64,000 bases of DNA from Camelus dromedarius (Eukaryota): the NCBI RefSeq assembly GCF_036321535.1, contig NC_087437.1, positions 38,442,001 through 38,506,000 of the forward strand. The letters are read 5' to 3'. Positions 1-13,700 of the stretch are shown here, in pieces. A program made the translations under genes and the position numbers. Below the pieces are notes generated by a model. It had not been told where the DNA came from, made no database searches, and saw only the letters and a program-made list of their open reading frames with translations. Each line of letters starts with the position of its first letter. Within the stretch, counting starts at the first letter, position 1.

Positions 1-750
1 AGGCTACAATGTCAAGAGTACGTAGGTTTTATAGGCACAGAGCAAACATATCCAAGATGCTATCCTTCAAGATAAACTCCTACATGTTAACATCTGTGCA
101 GTTTGGACAACTGACAAAAGTATATTTAGAAAATACGTTGCTATATTTCAGTGAAGTGTCTGAACCTTCTATATCAGGGTTCAATGAATTGAATTTGACA
201 TACTCAAGAGGCCCACTGAGGAAGTGCACTCAAGGAAAGCAGACCATTTCACACACGACCTCACCATCCACATAAGACATAGTAAAGCCATACACATCGG
301 TCACAGTTTATTCTCTAAGGTGGATACATTGGGGACATTGTGACTGTGGCAATGGCTTTCTACAAGTAGGGAGAAAAAAGAAAACAAACTGCGTCAACAC
401 TCTATACAACTCAAAACACCATTGGCTAAATGTTTTTTTCATGAGCCATATTTTATTCTTTTCCTCTTCCAAACAAAATTTATAGAAACACTACAATTAA
501 AAGCATATATGCAATCCCTAGCACATAGTAGGTACACAATAAACATTGTTGATGGATGACTAAGATGATATATGTAATAAAAATAATAGTATATGATAAA
601 ATCATAGAAAATGATAATAAGCTAGAAAGTATACTACTTTACTTATATTTACATCTAACATTTCTGATAACCTGAGTAAAAAGAAACAATTTAGTATATA
701 AACCTCATTATCAAATGAAAGAAAGTATCCCAGAGTCTGACCTGAGTTTC

Positions 751-844
751 TTATTTATTTATTTACTGGAGGTACTGGGACTGAAGTCAGGACCTTGTGC
801 GGGCTGAGCATGCACTCTACCACTGAGCTATTTCCCTCCTCCCC
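751..844 (-). mobile_element. tRNA-derived SINE, camelid Vic-1-like
   Basis: Reverse complement reads GGGGAGGAGGGAAATAGCTCAGTGGTAGAGTGCATGCTCAGCCCGCACAAGGTCCTGACTTCAGTCCCAGTACCTCC followed by a (TAAA)n tail. It has an A box and a degenerate B box, and resembles the recalled Vic-1 consensus. Confidence 0.85.
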
Positions 845-904
845 TACTTAATATTAATTTCATTGCTGCTACTTCTATTCTTGGATCAGATTTAGAGCTG
901 TTTC

Positions 905-1290
905 AAAGCAGAGACATGGATTCTACAAACGCTTACAGGGTCTGGTAGGTAACTTAACTGTGCAAACAAGCTCGATGCATGGAAATACCAGTGGAAAGCT
1001 CTCCTGACCCATCTTTATAAAAGAGACAAGTGCTGTGTAGCTCCAGCTGACAGACAACTGACGGAGATGTCAAATCAATATTACCAGATCTTTTGTATTT
1101 TTGTAAAGAAAGCCAGGTTTTTGTATTTTTATTAGTTTTTAAGTATAATTTCCATATATATATATATGTATATATGTGTATATATATATATATACATATA
1201 TATATATACACATATATATTTACACATATATATATATTTAGATGTTGGCATTCTTTTTTAAAGTTAGGTTAGGTCAAATATATGACCAGC
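905..1290. mobile_element. Old hAT-Charlie DNA transposon remnant (MER103-like), interrupted by a TA microsatellite
   Basis: Motifs 'aaacgcttacagggtctggtaggtaac' and 'tattaccagatcttttgtatttttgtaaagaaagccagg' resemble recalled MER103C; boundaries approximate. Confidence 0.5.
1153..1238. repeat. (TA)n/(TACA)n microsatellite
   Basis: Directly visible; it explains the MYIYICIYIY ORF at 954..1211. Confidence 0.95.
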
Positions 1291-3779
1291 AGGCTCCAAG
1301 ATTATAAGTTTTGCTTTATAAATGATTGTTCTAATTGAGTATACTTCCTGGCATATAGAACATTAGTAAGGGCCTACTGAATTAATCGCTGTCTAAACGA
1401 TAGGCCTAAAGGAAGAAGAAAAAGAAGGAGTGTTTTTATTTGTTTCATCATCACCACTACATTCTCGTTCTACATGATGTATTTTTGAGAAGGTTTAACA
1501 GTTTTTATGTCTCAAATATTTTTTAATTTCATGTTGACAATAGATAATAATCATTTTTCTTTGTGGTGCTACAGATAGAAAAACTGAGATTGGTCATACA
1601 ATTAATATCATTTGGGAACCATACAAGGACTAGCACGACAGAGGTTTATGCTTTTTCTACTAGGCACACATCCTTTTAGAATTCAAAATGTGAATGTACC
1701 TAAAATTTTCATAAACAAAGCAATATGCATGATAAATTCACTCATTAGATAGGTCACACTTGTAAGTAAACTGTAATTTGAGTAATTTGAGTAACATTGT
1801 ATCAAATATATAAAAGGTACTTTTGCATATAATCTGTTTTAAGTACTTACGTTAATGATGAGGACACTGAAGACAGTTTAGAGTATATGGCTTTCCTACT
1901 ACCATAGAGACAGTTTACAATCTTACACATTTGTATAGAAATATTATAAAATCAGAAAACACTAGGATAGTGCTACCATCTAAGTCTCATGTGGACTATT
2001 TTCTCTACATCTGAATGCACCGTTCAAAATCAGATATAAATGGTGATGTAACAATCATCTCCTTCTGACTATTTTGCAGAGATGTGCATACCAGTCAAAG
2101 ATCAAGCTAGTGACCTGAACTATATGCTTTTATTCCTCAGTTTGACAACTTGTTTCATGAAAATATTCCACAGCTATTTGAGTTTTATATGTGAATACTC
2201 TGGATTTTGAGAGAAATGCTCTATTAAAACACACATTTAACATTTTATGTAGTTATAATATTTTGAAGCTTTTTTATCACATTATATTGGTTTAGCAGAT
2301 AGTACCTTTCATTTTATAGCATCATTTTATAAGCATAGATTCTTAGCCTTAAGAATTGATTACAAATCTTGTGCTCAAAATCCCTAAACATAGATCATAT
2401 GTATTATTGCAGCTCAAGCTAAAAGCAGTAGAAGCAAAACTGTTATCACACATCTTCCAAATCCATTTTACTCTTAATATGTGGGAAAATGCCTTAATTC
2501 TATAGAGATATTCTTATATTACTCTTTATAGTTGTCATTTAGTATGAAGAAGATCTTTTACATTTTTATAATTTCTAAAGAAAAAATATTCTATGATAAT
2601 GTCTTCTTATATAATTTAATACTTTTTATTTTTGAAAATTGGTTTTATTTTTGTAAGTAATTCATCGTTTTCAATCACACTTCTTGATCTAAATTCTTAT
2701 TTTTGAGGAATTTGCTTTTCTCTTTAGCTTCATCAGAAGGTCAAAGGAGAATGATTTTTTTATACATACTCATTTTCGTTGTAGATATTTAAAACATGTA
2801 AGAATTGCAAACGGGCTTTGTAAACTAGAAAATAAACTGTCTTTGTAATGGGACTCTGCATTTACCCTAAAAAATAATTCATCATTTGAGAAATGAGTCA
2901 TCAGTTAAGGTATTAAAGGACGAATGTTCGTTCATGTCAATGGAAATAAAATACATCTCCGTAACATGCCTCTGGCTCCTTTTTCTAATACAATACCCTT
3001 CGTTAAATATGCTCCCACCAATTGCTCTAGGAAGATGTACTCATTGTTACTCCATGGCCTTTGCAGCACTGTTTCCTCTCTGCAGTGCTTTACCTCCTCA
3101 ACATTTCATTCCCTAATATATATGGTTGGCCCCTTCTTGCCCTTCTGTTAACAGCCCCAGTACTGCTTCCTCGATTTCTATCACAAGTCATTCTTGTGGC
3201 AGGCACCGTCAGGTACAATACTCTTGATCACTTATTGTTTTCATGCTCACTGTTGATTTCTCTTTTACAGTGCTTGCTTCCTGGGGACAGAAATTTAGCT
3301 GTTTGACTTAGCTATCAGAATTGTTAAGGAACGAGGAATTAGTACATATAGCTGTATTTGAGGCAGCTGTATGGCTTTGAAGACTGCAACTTGGTGAATG
3401 TTTGCAAGCCAAAGAGAGTGTTCTGAAGTCTAGGATTACATGATTTTATAGGATATGCATATACTTTCTTTCACACTTTTTTTTTAAAGCACCGAGTACT
3501 ATCACTAGTGCCAGTCTCTCCGCTATAATCAGTAGAGTTTATTTTTGAGTGCTAATTTTCCCTTGTCTCACTTCATCCTTCACCATGAAATATTCTGATG
3601 CCACTATTTCAGTCACCAAATGTATGTGTGCTTTAGTTTGTCTCCTAGAGGAAGACGAGGGTGGTACTTCTGGAGAATTTTTTGATGTTTCACTTAGCTC
3701 AAGATGAGTGATGGGGAATGAGGACCAAATCCTGACGTAGACACTCAGGCCACAACAGTGAAAAAATAGACACAAATTT

Positions 3780-4265
3780 TGAAAATAATGGAGCTACTTA
3801 CATTCTCATGTGGAGAGACTTAATAGCAATAAATCAAAAAAAGTAAATTATATAATATATTAAAACTAAATAAATGATGTTATAAAATGAACAGAAAACC
3901 ACTATAGACAATAATATAAATGGATTTGGAAATACTGGTGGGAGGGTGTTATAATTTAAATGTGTGGCTAGAGTAGGCCTTGTCAAAAAGGTGAGATCTG
4001 AGCAGAGGCTTAAAAGTAGCGAGGGCTTGAGTTTTGTAGCTAACTGAGACTAAGGCATTCAAGGCAGTGGAAAACCAAGACTTCTAGATGAGGCCAGTGA
4101 GGCTGTGACACAGTGAGCTAAAAGCAAAGAAAATGACAGAGAGATAACCAAGAACTATAATGTAAGGCCTTGTCAGGTATAAACAGACTAACCGTAAGTA
4201 AGCCAATAAATGGACTTGTGACAGTACATGACAAACAGCAGAGCTGGAGAGAAGGGGCCAGAATG
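3780..4265 (-). mobile_element. L2 LINE fragment
   Basis: 'gagctacttacattctcatgtggagagac', 'aaggtgagatctgagcagaggcttaaa' and 'gaggccagtgaggctg' are typical degraded L2 3' region. Confidence 0.55.
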
Positions 4266-4275
4266 ACCTTTAGAA

Positions 4276-4515
4276 AGAGGTTCTCAGTTGGAGGTCGGGG
4301 AGACTTTGCCTTTCTCCACTTGGGGACATTTGGTAAGGTCTGAAGACATCTTTGATTATCATGGCTTGGGGAAGGAGGAGGGGTAATGCTCTTGGAATCC
4401 AGGGAGTAGAGGCTAGGTATGCTGCTACAGAACTCATAATGCACAGGAAAGCCTCTCTCATAACAATAAATTATCAGGCCCCAAATGCCAATTGAGCTGA
4501 GGTTGAGAACTGCTC
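4276..4515 (+). mobile_element. MER20 (hAT-Charlie non-autonomous DNA transposon)
   Basis: Collinear with the recalled MER20 consensus: ggttctca...ggggacatttgg...gtagaggctaggtatgctgcta...aatgcacagga...aattatcaggccccaaatg...gaggttgagaac. Confidence 0.9.
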
Positions 4516-5559
4516 CTTTAGAGAACCAGAGTCCAGTCATGAGGTATGTGTTCAGCACATCCTTCTTGCTTGAAACTATATTGTAAGTCTTATGTATTTA
4601 AAATTTTGGATAAAGAGCTAGGAATTACCAATGTGAAAGCAGAGACGGCACAAAGAAAATTTAAGAGAACACAATCGAGCATTGATAATTAGCATCTTAA
4701 TAATAAAAATCTTTCAAGGACTATCAATGGTACAAAGTCATTCCATGAGGAGTAATTGTTGCACATTCTTCCTGCTCCAGGTCATATCATATGCAATAAT
4801 GAATGAAACTAGGCCAAAGAATAACAGTTGCTGTAAGAAATGAAGCTAGAATTCAAAAGTAGAAGGCATTTATACTCAGGAAAAAATAATTTCAAGGTCT
4901 GTCTCCTCTGGCAGACCCATGAAGACTACCACGTTTAGGTCAGTATAGAAGCACGCCATTCACAAGATGCGTTGCTGTGGTCAATGCTTCTTCCATCACT
5001 GAATAAAACAGACTTTCTTGGACTTTTGTTTGGCACTGCAGAAACTGGAGCTTATCTTCATGCGGTATCAATCCTTCAGAATCATTAACAGGTCATAAAG
5101 TCCTAGTAGACTATGTTAAAACCTAGGAAAACTTGCCACTCTGGTATTCAAGAATGATTATTTTCCATCAGTCTGCCTCCCTCCAATATTGCCTGTCTGT
5201 TTTCTCACTTGCAGGATCAGTTCTTGTCTTGGAATCTTGTTTACTGTTTCCCTCAAAGGAAGCAAATATTCTAAGGTACCTTAAAATAATACGTATATAT
5301 ATGTAAGTCTATAAATGACCTTAAAATACATAATACACTGTTGTATCTGTGATTAGAAGAGTCGTTATGAACTAAGAATAAGTGTTACACTGACAAATGA
5401 TAGCTGTGACAGTTTGCCATTGTCTGCCTTTTTGAAAATAGTTACCTGTAAATTACCAACTTCCATATAAATGCCATATTTCTGATTTTACCTAAAAATG
5501 TTTCCTCTAGGGAAAAATTGGGTAATACGGCTCATGGAAGAAAAATATGATGAAGAAAA

Positions 5560-5730
5560 TGTCAGGTCTCAGAGTGGTAATTTCGGCTTCCTCTTCTGCC
5601 TAGCTGACACATGACCCTGAGCAGTAACTGGCTTCTGTGGCACTTAATTTATCCATTTCTAAGTGAGCATAACACCACTAGACGAAGCTCATAAGACTGT
5701 TGTGAGGCGACTCTAATAAAAATGCACTTT
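5560..5730 (+). mobile_element. MIR SINE
   Basis: 'tagctgacacatgaccctgagcagtaact...ctgtggcacttaatttatccatttctaag...gttgtgagg' is a degraded MIR core. Confidence 0.6.
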
Positions 5731-6754
5731 TCAAAAATGTTGCATAAATGCTAAATAGAGTAAAATATGTCTCGCCTCCATTACATTTATGAGAGCTTTA
5801 TGCGTGGGTTTCCCTTTAACGATGAGCACCTCACTGAGCTTCAGCAACCTTTTCAAATACCATAGAGGCAATCCTTTTGTTTAAGTGAATGCAAGGAACA
5901 TTTAGATACGTCTGCTATCCACACAGGAAAGCAAACTGATCATTCAATGCATATTCTGCTATGCACACATTTATATGTGAAATCTGTTCATAACTGCTGT
6001 TAGAGGTATAGGACATAATGTTGCGTTTTGCAGTAGAGTAAAATATTATATTTCATATTTGCGTGCAAAGGGAATCATGGTGGATTGAATATTTATATTC
6101 TAATTCATCAGACTTTTCAAGGGGATTTTAAAGCAAATACAATATGCTGACAGTATAAAAAAGTAACTTCTTTTTAATGGACTTGAGTGGAAATAATGAA
6201 GATAATGGAGACTATGGTCTAGGTAGGATTAATTACATGTTTCCTTATTTTAATTTAGTTTTACACATGTAGCTACAGATAAATGGATTCAAAATAAAGC
6301 AAACAATCCTATAATTAGAATTTCTTGGATTAGTTTAGGGTTGTCAAATTGGCATAATTCACTCTTTCAAATGTGAAATATTTTAAATTATTTAATATTA
6401 TGTGCTTTGAATTAATGTTAAATTAATAGAGTAAAATTATAGAAGTACAATACTTTGAGAGTTTAAAATCCTATTGGCTGAAAGTAGGTGGGCATTGTGT
6501 ATACAAGTAGTTCTCAATTTATAGACCCTATGTATCCTAGAAAAACTGGGTCTAAGTCAGGTTATATGTATAAACATTCAACTTTCTTATCATTGCTTTC
6601 CATTTCAAAAACTGGAAGGAAAATATTGTGACACAAATGATACAAAACACTTGAAGCATGCAATTTTAAAATTATAGTGATATTTGTTTCTAGCACAGCC
6701 ATAGACTCTTAGGATGTTGAGAATAAAAGTGACAGCCATAGTAATCAAGTCTAG

Positions 6755-6932
6755 TGAGTCTCCAAACACACTGCTCATTTCAATTACCTTGGACGTTCAC
6801 AATAGCAACACACAGTTTACAAGGCACTACTTAATTCAATAGGTCTTATTTTGAGCCTCAAAAAATAAGTTTGGGCTTTTAACATATCAGTTCCTCAGTG
6901 ATTCTACTGTCCAACCAGTGCTAGAAACCAGG
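6755..6932. mobile_element. MER5-type DNA transposon remnant
   Basis: Ends 'tctccaaacacactgctcatttcaattacc' and 'cctcagtgattctactgtccaaccagtgctagaaacca'. Confidence 0.45.
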
Positions 6933-8599
6933 AATCAATCAATACATTATGTAATAAAGAAGAACGTGAGTTCCAGGAAGGCTGAGCAATGTAACAAGAA
7001 TGTGTAGCTAACTGGCAGAATCAAGTCCAGAGGCCCAGGAACAGAGACTGTATTATAATGTTCTTCCCTGAAAAACAAAATATACTTCTAGGCTGAAAAT
7101 TCTATAAATTTCAATTCTACAAATGAATTAGTGTTCAGCCTTTTTCAATTCCGTACCTGTGTACCTGTATACATGCCTGTGTGTATGTGTGTATTTGTGG
7201 TGTGTTTGTGTAAATATTAGATTTTACTTTTCTCCTGCCTCATGTTCTTTTTACCCTAAATTTGTTGCCAGGAGATTGCTTCTCTCAATTAACAGATTGC
7301 ACCTAAGTTTACTTTTAGTTTATGTAGAGTTGATAATCATATTCTGCAAATGTTTAAAATAATTTTGAATATAAAAGATGTTTCCTTATCATTTCCTAAG
7401 GAGTTTTACAAGAACTGAACACCAGGAGGCATGAGCCATGTGGTGTTTGTGAGAACAGAATGGTGAGATCTCCAAAATACCCAGGCTCCTGAGAGTTACA
7501 TGTCTTATGAAAAGCGGTCCACAGGGACACAGTAGTATCAGAAATGGCTTAATGTAGTAACTGTGAATTTTGTATTGAAATTTTGTTACCAGTACATCAG
7601 TCGTATCATTAATGACTTATTCTTACCTATAGCAGGAGGATTAGTGGTCATTATGTTGGTTGTCATGTTCAACAACTATCATTCAATAAATTCCTCAAAG
7701 GTCGGAAATTCTGCATAATTAAAGGAATAAACATGGTTGTCATCATCATGCTCAAAGATTCTCCTAGAAAACTCTGAACATCAAACATTCTTCTAATTTT
7801 AGTTTAGCATTGCTAAACATGTATGCTATATTACATGAAATATTCTTCATTGCAAAGTCAGAGTTGTTGATACGGCAAGTTAAGAGAAATAAATATATAT
7901 GTATGTATGCATACATACATTCCCTCAGCAATACATAACATCAGCATCAACACAAATGTCTGTATTTATGTGGACAGATACAAGTAAAATCAAAATCAAC
8001 ACAAATGCCTATACTCAGCCTAAGCCTCTCTTCTGACCTCTGTATCTGTATATTTAATTGTCTGTTTTATCTATTCACTCCAATGTCCAAAGTGCATTTC
8101 AAGCTATTTAGTAGAATAAGCTTTTGCTATAGTAATCTACGTTTCTTTTCTTCCTTTTACCATAGGTATTAGCCTACTTCCCTTCCCCCTTTCAAGCAAA
8201 AATGCACAGCGCCTAATGTGAGGGATCAGAAATGCAGAAAGATGAAAAAAATGTGGCATTCTCTTTGGATTTTGTGTTTACTTTATAAAACTTGGAAAAT
8301 TCAAGGTATAAATTTAAAATGTCTGAGAAAAGAATGAGAAAAACATTGGAACTCTTCCAGAAAAGACTATACCCGCCATTAAAAAAAAAAAAAAAAAAAA
8401 AATTCCCTCGGCTGAGATAAATTAAACTGAAAGAGAGCTGGATTCCAGAGAGCGGCATCAGCACTCCACTACTGCACGCAGGCCAGATAAGGTAGCAGAC
8501 CACCAGAGCTGGAGGGGAAACAGAGCTGTGCAGAATCCGAGGGCGGGCACCATCTGAAGTCTGGTAGACACTCCTGAAGTACCTCTATCTAGGTTGCTC

Positions 8600-8872
8600 T
8601 CTCATCCCTCTCAAATAATTACTCCTATTCATTTCCACAACTTGGTTACACTATTACTTCTTCATAAATGCCCTCTATCACATGCTTTCAAGCACTTCAC
8701 TACCTAGCACTCATAGCATTTAAAACGAAATTTATCTTAATGATTTTACGGTAATGTCTAGCTCCTCCTGTGCAGTGAACTCTAGCAGAGCAGGGATCTT
8801 GTATATTGTTTTCCTGGTTCCTAATGCAGGTGCTCAATCAATAGTTGTTCAGAAACAAATAAATGAATGAAA
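8600..8872 (+). mobile_element. L2 3' end
   Basis: 'agcagggatcttgtatattgttt...aggtgctcaatcaatagttgtt...aaatgaatgaa' is the L2 terminus. Confidence 0.6.
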
Positions 8873-9369
8873 TCATTATCGTTACCGTAATTCACTTTGT
8901 ATAGTGTTTTCCAGTTATGGTTGGAGCAAAAGATCTTCAGAACATATACAGACAGTCAGAAAAAATCTTCGTTTTGTACCCATCAATCTTCAAGGTAACA
9001 TATTTACAGCTACCTGAGGGGCTTATTCCCGCATCATTCTGAAATAAATCAGTCCCACAAAGCCAGTATTGTATGTCCACTGAGATAAAATAAATAAAAC
9101 CAAGGACAATAAAGGAAGCCCTCAAACTAAATCATGGGTGAGGTATATTTTATATGATCTTAAAAACTTGTCCAGGTTTACTCAATTAACCTTCCCTTGA
9201 AAGTGAAAAGTTGCAATCACTAAAAATCATTTCCAAATGACCTGCCTACTAATTTATACATTCCTGGGTTTTTTTTTTTTAAGTCTTCAGAGTTTCATAT
9301 TCTATCTTCCATCTGTAAAAACTCAATTCTTAAAAAATTCATCTCTAATAATATTATAAAATAATTTTA

Positions 9370-9570
9370 AACATACAATGCCATTGCCATTTTCACAACA
9401 GCTCTCTGAATAATTGTGCCATGAATTATCGCACCCACCACCATTTTAAAGATGAGGACACCAAAGTTTAATGAGGTCAAACCACATGTACAAGGCTGTG
9501 TAAGATGTACACGGTAGAGCTGAAATTTAAACCAGTCTTATGGTGCCAAATATAATTTTTCCATTTCATC
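9370..9570 (-). mobile_element. MIR SINE
   Basis: Core 'ccattttaaagatgaggacaccaaag...gtagagctgaaatttaaaccagtct'. Confidence 0.7.
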
Positions 9571-9966
9571 ATAATCCTCCCCTATGAAAATACAATATAC
9601 TGAAAGTTAGCAACTTTCAGAGCAAGGTGTCGCCGGCAAACAATTTCACCAACTGCTCTTAAGTTATAAGTGATCTGCAATTTTAGTTGTTACTGGGCTC
9701 ATCAAATTCTGTAAATGTATGGATAAGTTATTACAACATCAATAGTTTTAGAGCTAGAATTTTACATAATCTATATTAAATATCATTTAGTTTAACCTAT
9801 TTATTTTATGCATAAGGAAAGTGAGTGCCCAAGAAACAAGTCCTACCTAGCCCAGTGCCACGTACTTATCTGGCAGCTTAGCAGATACTAGAAATGATTG
9901 TTCTTCTAACACATTTCCTACAATGTGTAAATTTTCAAATTGTCTGTCTCTGAGAATGGCCTAAGA

Positions 9967-10128
9967 CAGTGGTTCTCAACTCAGCCTGCACATTCACTCT
10001 TTATTCTGATAAGGACCTAGGCCCGGGAACAATGGATCAAAACCTCTAGTGTAAAGTCTTGGCATCAGTATTTTTATAAAGTTCCTCACGCTGATCCTGA
10101 TGCATAGCATGGGTGGAGAAACAACAGT
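9967..10128. mobile_element. MER5A-type DNA transposon
   Basis: Starts cagtggttctcaac; contains 'ggcatcagtatttttataaagttcctc...gatcctgatgca'; ends gagaaacaacag. Confidence 0.75.
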
Positions 10129-10314
10129 TTAAAAAGTATCTAGCTGCCGAATGTTGTCTTGAATACTTAAACTGCAATTTTCTTCATTAACTCAGCTGAA
10201 TTCCCTGTTTCTTTTTTATTTCCTTCCTGAATGTAATTTGCTACTGTCCCTTCACTAAATTGAGAATCTATGTGTGTGTGTGTGTGTGTAATCTTAACCA
10301 TTTCTATGTAAAAC

Positions 10315-10798
10315 TGAAAGAATAGAAATCTAACAAAATGGCTTCCCTGATGTTAAAGCTGTTTGCTGATTCATTTTGACACATCTTGTTTTTCTTTTTG
10401 TTTACTTGCTCAACTGCTTGCTAAAATAGCCCCTAACCTTCCCTATATATTCTTTAACCCAGAAGCTGTTTTCCAGAAAGTCACAGGATGATGAGCTCAG
10501 AAGAATAGACAGACCGTAGGGAGTTTACCATGACACCAGACGGTCTTACCAAGATTAAAAAGAATGCAGCACCACAAACTGTCCCTAATTGTTATCACTC
10601 TTCTGCTCCACTCAGTTTTTCTATAAAATCTCAAGACCCCCAACCCCAAGAAGGGTTCACAGTCTTCGAGGCTTTAGTCTGCTGTGATTCCCCTTTGCCC
10701 AGCAAAGCAATAAAGCTGCTCTTTTCTATTGCTCTCAAGGACTCTGTCTCTGAGTTTGAATTCGTCTTTTGGGTACAGAGGCCAAATTTTCAGTAACA
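10315..10798 (+). mobile_element. Solo ERV1-type LTR (484 bp)
   Basis: TG...CA termini, perfect 4-bp TSD AAAC (10311-10314 and 10799-10802), TATA-like ctataaaa at 10621 and AATAAA at ~10709. Confidence 0.85.
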
Positions 10799-13700
10799 AA
10801 ACAGAGAACAGTTCACCCTTCTTCCATGCTGTGCGTATAGGAAATAGAGGCAAAATCCTGTGAACCTTCTGAAAATAAAGTTAAAAACTACTTGAATTTA
10901 AGAATCTTCTCATTTTGCCTGCTAAATTCTACATTTATATAAAATTCTGTTATTTATACTATCAGATATGTGTACTTCATTATAAATGTATAAGTAAGAG
11001 AATCCTTTCATTCTAATGTATTTAGCCTACTTCTATTCTCCACCATGTTCTTTAACGTAAAGAATCAGGGTATGGCCATTTGTTCAAAATTTGAATTAAC
11101 AGTTACAACTCGATATATTTTTAAACATATCTTTTCATTCATCATTTTACTTCCATTACAGAAATTTAGCTTTCTCTTTACTTTAGGATTGTCTGAAGGG
11201 CAAATGGTTACCCTTAACCAAGTGAGTCTTTATGCACACTGCCCCATCATGCACACATTAGTTAGATGAATAATGATTATAATAACCAAGAAAAAGAATA
11301 CACTAGGGTAAGTCATCATGTGAATATACACGAGACCAGAGGTAATATGATTTGAGTAATGTGTTTTATACAATGCATGTATTGCCATTAAAGAAACACT
11401 TGTTTTGATATGACATGTGATAGATACCTCAATATATTAAGTGTATATAATCAGGTATTTTTATTTTCTTCAAGTTTTAATAATAGTCTCATGATGAACA
11501 ACTGCATGAGTTTATGGTTAAAACTACAGATGCACATATAAGCTGAAAAAATTAAAAGCTCAAGTAGTAGATCACAGTTGCTTTGTGAAGACGGTATCAA
11601 AATTATTTGCTAGCTTCATTATTCTCCTTAAATGGGAAAAATAAGTTTCTCTGCTAGAGTAAATATTCTAAGGCTTTCTGCATTTCATTAATCTACAAAT
11701 GAAAAATTAACTAAAATACTGTGTCCAAGTTTATGGTTATGGTTATACATGACTTTAAGGAAAGTGGCTTTCATATTTTTGGTTTTGTCTTTAAGAATTT
11801 AAGTTTCTATAAAACATTTTCTGAGAAAAAATTTTTAAACATTTAGAACCTAATTATAAAAGTTTATAATGTTTATAACATATTCAGAATAAATTTAAAT
11901 TATAATCTGAGTTTCTTTTATCATGAACTTATAAAAATCTGAAACATCAAACCAGTGGGTTAGAAATATTGATAAAAAATCAAAACTATCTTAATTTACC
12001 ACAAGATTCTCTTTTCCAACCCTTCCTTGACAAGATATGTCATCTTGACAAGTCTGTTAGCATAAGTGACTTAAAACTCCCTGAACCCTTGTATTTAATA
12101 CAGTCAGGACCCTGCACTTCAAATTGTCATACACCATTATCATGTTTCAGGATGTCAGTCTCTCATCTGAAGGATATCACATGGTCAAAGTGTAAATTCT
12201 TTGGATATTTGTCTTTGGAATCAAAATATGTGCTCTTTGATCACTAACTGAATCCATTATGGAGCTATAAACAGACAATAATAAAGCAAGAATTTTGTTT
12301 TGATTGATAGATTGCTATTTTGTGATCTTAGAATTCAGGAAATTACTTCAGTGATTGCTCATGTCTAATATTATTTAGGATCAAAACCAAACCTTTATTC
12401 TTGCAGAATTTAAATGGAAATACTTTAATTTTTAGCTATTTATGGACTTCAGCAGTTTTCAAATTTAATTTTCAGAGCAGTTCTTCTCCAAAGTCAGACT
12501 AAATTAACATAATTTCGTACACCTATTATGTATGATAAGCAGTAGACTCTCACAGACTAGATGCATATAAGGAAACTTAAGAAAAACCATAAAAGTTTTA
12601 GGCATTTAAGACCTATCTGCATCCACGAACTGGTGTGAATTTAATAAAACTGGACACTTTGCAGTGCTAATCTCTCCCTAAATATTGCCCAATAATATCA
12701 ATGGCTAGAAAGCTCTGACATAGCAAATTGATACAGCTAAACAATGTACACACATGGTAATTAATCACAGAATTATTTACAAGAGCAAACTAATAGGAAA
12801 AAACTACATTTTAAACATTAGGGAATAATTTAACAAATCATCATATGTCTATGTAGTGGAAGATTATGTCATGCCAATATTTTATTTTTCATGAAAGAAG
12901 ATTAGTGCTTTCATGCATTTTATTGTGCTGTTGAAGAGTTTGAGATTCATGCCTCTTCGTCCTAACATATTCAGATAATGGGAAGTCTTCCTTAAGTAGA
13001 AATCATTCAAACATTGAATTAAACATTAATGAAGAAGAGAAAAATGTATGAAATCCAATGGACCTTACAACAAATATTTCTTCCTCAATCTCAAAAGGTT
13101 TTAAGGTATTTAAAAGGGAGGCATATAAATCACTCAGCTATCTGCAAGAGACGAGTAGTGACAAGACTAGACATACTCATTCCTTATTCTGTAAATGTCT
13201 GGGTCACCTACTACATGCAAACTCTGCTAGATACTGAAGATGCAAAAGTTAGGTTTATGCCCTCACGAAACTCATCATTTGGGGAAAGCACAGGGGATGA
13301 GCACATGGATTAGAACGAGTATCTGAAGGCTCATCGGAGACAACAATTCCGAGTTTTCACATGGCTAACAAGTAGTTATGGACCCAAAGGCACCCCTGAA
13401 GAGACTCTAAAATTTTTCATATGTCAGGAATTTGAATGAATAAATCCCCAAATCATATTTTATATAGAAGGACCAAGGCATTATGGATGAAGAACCTGAA
13501 TCTGAAATCATTCCGGTGGAAACAAATTAAGTTTTCAACTGAGTAAAGCAATGCATGAAAAAAAAAAAAGTCATTCCATCAAGTGAAACTCAAGGATGCA
13601 ATTCGACATTAATATTCTTTAATGATTTTTTTGAAAACTTGATAATCATCCTGGTCGCTTCTTATAGTGACTAAGCTGAGAGTTTTAAAAACCTGTTTGA

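Noticed and set aside
760..844. tRNA gene
   Set aside because: The B box and stems are degenerate and there is a (TAAA)n tail, so it is a SINE.
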